A DNA stretch of 64,000 nucleotides, taken from positions 26,970,001 to 27,034,000 of the forward strand of contig OZ231126.1 of the NCBI GenBank assembly GCA_965153355.1, written 5' to 3'. Source of the DNA: Flaccisagitta enflata. Its lineage: Eukaryota. Under the pieces are notes generated by a model. It was not told where the DNA came from. It did not search any database and saw nothing but the letters and a program-made list of their open reading frames with translations. Shown here piece after piece: positions 60,363 to 64,000 of the stretch (within the stretch, counting starts at the first letter, position 1; every line of letters starts with the position of its first letter). The translations under genes were made by a program, and so were the position numbers.

Positions 60363-62308
60363 ACCTGCTGGTTGTCCTTCCATAACATTACATTACAAAC
60401 AATTCTTACATTACTGGCCAACCATTCGTGACGGTGGAGCTGCGTATCCAACCTTGTTAACTGCTAACAATGAGCATTATTGCGCGAGGCCTTAGGCAGG
60501 GGCAGGGGCATGAGAAGAAAGGGAGGGGGCAGGTTTCAGTTCTTAGAAAGCGGATTTCATGTCTCACAGAAATGGATTGATATAAGGCTTTCTGGCCTGG
60601 GGTAATTGACATAGTTGGGTGCTTCACAACGGTTTTTGCATCAAATCAATTGAACACCCCAGCCTGCAGCTTTTTTAAACAGACTATGTCTATACTGTTG
60701 AAAACTACTCGCTATATGACTTTTCTCCGTGATTTAGAGGTGCCAGATTTGATATTTTGATCATAACTTGATGGTGGTTGTGGTAAAAATGTCAAATTTA
60801 GGTCATTTTGGCCGCCAAATTGGGCCACTTAGCCTTAGAAATCAAACCTAAACTCCATGAGATTATAAAACTACAGCTCAAGATCTCACTAGTGGTGCAA
60901 TCCGCATGTTTCTATCATTTTTTGTTTAGATTTGAGAGCATTTCAAAGATGAAAGGGTTTGAAGGGAAAATTGCGGCTTCAATTTCAGTGGCAATTTTGA
61001 CATTTTTCACAAATTTCAATATTTCGCGGCTTTGGATGGACCAATCTGCATAAAATTGGTGATCAAATTGAAGAGTTTTTCCTGTTCTAGCTGATGGTAA
61101 AAAAATTTTTGATCGATATTCCCCCCAAAAAATTTTAGAGACTGTAGAAGCAGGTGCAAAAAAATCGATTTTTTTGCAAATTGGTCAATTTTGGATGAAA
61201 AATTAGGCCACTTCCAATTCATAAAAAGACTTCAAATCCATGAGCAAAATAAAGTACTGCTCAGGAGCTAACCAGTGGTGCAATTGGCGTGTCGATATGT
61301 TTTTGCATTTAGATTTTATAGAACTTCAAAGATAAGAATACCCAAAAATTGTTAATTTGACATACCCTTAGATCTTTGAAGTTCTATAAAATCTAAATGT
61401 AAAAACATAGCAAAAGTTTGGAATTTCATCTCGTCCCGCTTACCCTATGCGGAGGGACTAATTTCAAAGCCCTGACCAATTTTCTTTTTCCAAAAATGGT
61501 CCATCTTCCGTTGGTTTAGCAGCATTCTTTTATGTCTTAATCTGCATAATGCAGTGAGAGATACCGTAAGCCTTCAGTTGGTTCAAGACTCTACAAACTT
61601 CTTCCTGTGTCATTTAGCATGCACATATGTATAACAAAAAACGCCCACAACATTTTCGTCTTTGTTTTGCGGATGATTTATTTTGATAGGTGATTATCTA
61701 AGGGGATTGTTAGTCTCTTTAGCAACAAAGGATCATTCTTAATTTTGCTTCCCCATTGAAATGAATGAATGAATGAATTTATTTTCAAAGTCAAACATAC
61801 AATGAAAAATTGTAAGAAAATGTTTGCTTTGGAGGATAGCCAGTAAAAGTCTAATGACTTTTTTCCAAGAGGGTCCTCACAAACGGAAAAGTAAAATCCA
61901 TAAAAGAGAAAAAAAAATGTAGTCCATAAAATCGTAAGAGGGAAAATACCGTAAGTTTCAATACCATAAAAATCAGTCATATTGCGCAATCAAAAACTGT
62001 TTAAGCTTTTGTTTAAAAACTCAAAATTCATGTACAGTTAAACTTTGCAATAACGGACCCAAGAGTAACGGAAACTCAGCAGTAGCGGAAAGATACCATT
62101 GGTCCCTGCCATTTCTTTTTTATTTCTTTGTAAGAAAAACTTGTTAGTATCGGCCTCTTCTGTATCGAAAAGTTCGTCTAATCCGCATGACCCCAGCGGT
62201 CCGAAGGATGTTACTCCCTAGGCCAGTAACGGAAAATCGGCATCCATCAATGGCAATCGCCGATAAGCTAGTGGTGAAATTGACGGCATCAATTGGATTT
62301 TACCGTCA

Positions 62309-62357
<49 letters not shown>

Positions 62358-63125
62358 ATGACTGACGCACAACTCATTAAATTCCTCCATCTCCAACGAT
62401 AGACATACGTATTGCATCTTACAAAAATGACTTCACCTAAGAATCGCCAAAAAAAGGAGATAATCGATCTTGTAAAAAAAAGGAAACCCGCGAACAGACA
62501 TTAGTCGCTTTTTTGCCATCGCCTCTAGTACACTCTTTGACTTCATCAAAAATGTCTTTCGGTCTGATTATCTTTTTAATTGCGGATACGCAACTCTTTA
62601 GGAGAGGCTTTGTCCGTCCGTCCGTTGGTCCATTGGTCTGTTGGTCCATCGGTCCTTAACGATCGAGTCTAAAAGTGTTGTAATGCGCATTTATGATGCT
62701 GCAGTCATGATTGTCTTTGTTTGCGAGTGAGCATGGGATGAGAGAGGGTATGTATGGGGGTTGTATGCCCCTGCCCACTGGTCCGCAATGGTATTGTAAA
62801 CCTGCGTCGCTTGTTATCAGCCTATGGGGATTCGTTTGAATGTCAGTCTTTCTTACTGTTTTTCTATCTGTCTTTCATCCTGTCTTTCTGTCAGTCTGTC
62901 ATTCTATCATTCTTTTCATTCTGTACTAAGTTATACCTATTTGTTTTTGTTGCTTCTCACATTATCTTTTTGTTAGAAGATGTGTGGTGTATTACTCCGT
63001 CAATACTTCGGTTATTCTTTGCTTAATCATGATCAAGAATAGTCAAATTGGCAACACCGGAATTTGGCACAACCGGAAAAAAAACAGTTAGTCCCTTGAG
63101 ATCCGTTATTGCGGGGTTCCACTGT

Positions 63126-63780
63126 ATATCTTTCAGAGTATTCGGTAGACTATTCCATTGCTTGATAGCCGTAAATGCGAAGCTACTAGGTGAAAGAGAT
63201 AGTTCCCGTGACAGTTGGAAATTGTGGTTACTACCGCTTGTATCGTGAGAGTGGATAGTAGAGATAGACCGAAAATTTGGGAGCAAATAAGTTGGAGCCA
63301 GATTACGCCAAATACGAAAGAAGTGCGACATTCTGAAATATTTTACACGATCAGAAATAGACAACCAGGACAATTCCTTCAAATGCTTCCCATCAACATG
63401 ACCCCGAAAATCCATGCCATAAATGAAACGTATCATCTTCCGCTGTATGACATTTAGTCGTTCCTTCAATGCTACAGTGAGCCTGCCATGCCAAGAACTA
63501 CAGTAATAATCAATACTAGGCTGGATAAGAGAAGGCACAAAGAGTCTTTCTTGACTTTGCATCCAAGAAACTCGAACAGCGATAGAGATTAGCAAGTTTT
63601 CCCGCACATGCTTTCATAAGACTACCTGCATGTGCCAATCCATCAAGATGAGAATCTAACATTGCACCAAGATATTTAACGCTAGAAGTGCGCACAACAA
63701 GTGTCCCATCGCAAAAGACCTGAAAATTTTCCACCCCCCTCAATTTTCTCTTTGAACCAAAGAGTAGGGAAGTCAACTTG
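63126..63780 (-). mobile_element. 5'-truncated, frameshifted non-LTR retrotransposon (CR1/L2-group) ORF2 C-terminal fragment
   Basis: Motifs VKYLGAMLDSHL, SLIQPSIDYYCSSW, LNVIQRKMIRFI, LKELSWLSISDR and QWNSLP, split across two frames (ORFs 63516- and 63023-). Confidence 0.88.
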
Positions 63781-64000
63781 GGTTGGTTCCTCGAAAGTGC
63801 GAGAGAAAAGGCTATGTCGGAATTTTTTCCATGCATAAGAATAGATCCCATGCAACAAATATGGAAGAATATTGTCCAAATGCACTGAATTTCATTCATT
63901 TTTGGCCAAAATCATGTCTGGGTGACTTTTTTCTTCAAAAAAATTGTGCGAAAAATCTAAGAAATAGGGAAGCTTAGAAGAAAGGGTTATTATGGCTCAA

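Noticed and set aside
61420-61660. Possible second LINE remnant (SVGSRLYKLLP)
   Set aside because: Too short and degraded to support.

Overview
AT-rich, repeat- and microsatellite-dense eukaryotic DNA, probably from an invertebrate animal, with GT-AG introns. All gene models were spliced by hand from splice-site and reading-frame logic, with no database search. Well-supported genes: (1) the terminal exon of S-adenosylhomocysteine hydrolase (AHCY); (2) 773 bp downstream on the same strand, a complete 7-exon S-adenosylmethionine synthetase (MAT, 395 aa); (3) an intact intron-containing RAG1/Transib/Chapaev-related DDE transposase gene (core 25642-31221, possible 5' exons from 20715); (4) a 4-exon GPI-anchored Ly6/uPAR three-finger protein gene on the minus strand. 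Less certain: an orphan minus-strand gene at about 40.8-43.4 kb and a small gene convergent with the transposase. The rest is MITEs, Helentron-like (HINE) repeats, a LINE fragment and satellites. Two leads stand out. First, an AHCY-MAT methionine-cycle pair whose MAT intron 2 holds a candidate poison exon with mutually exclusive RNA pairings over its branch point. Second, the RAG1-like gene, flanked by non-autonomous elements with CAC...GTG ends and 4-bp target-site duplications.
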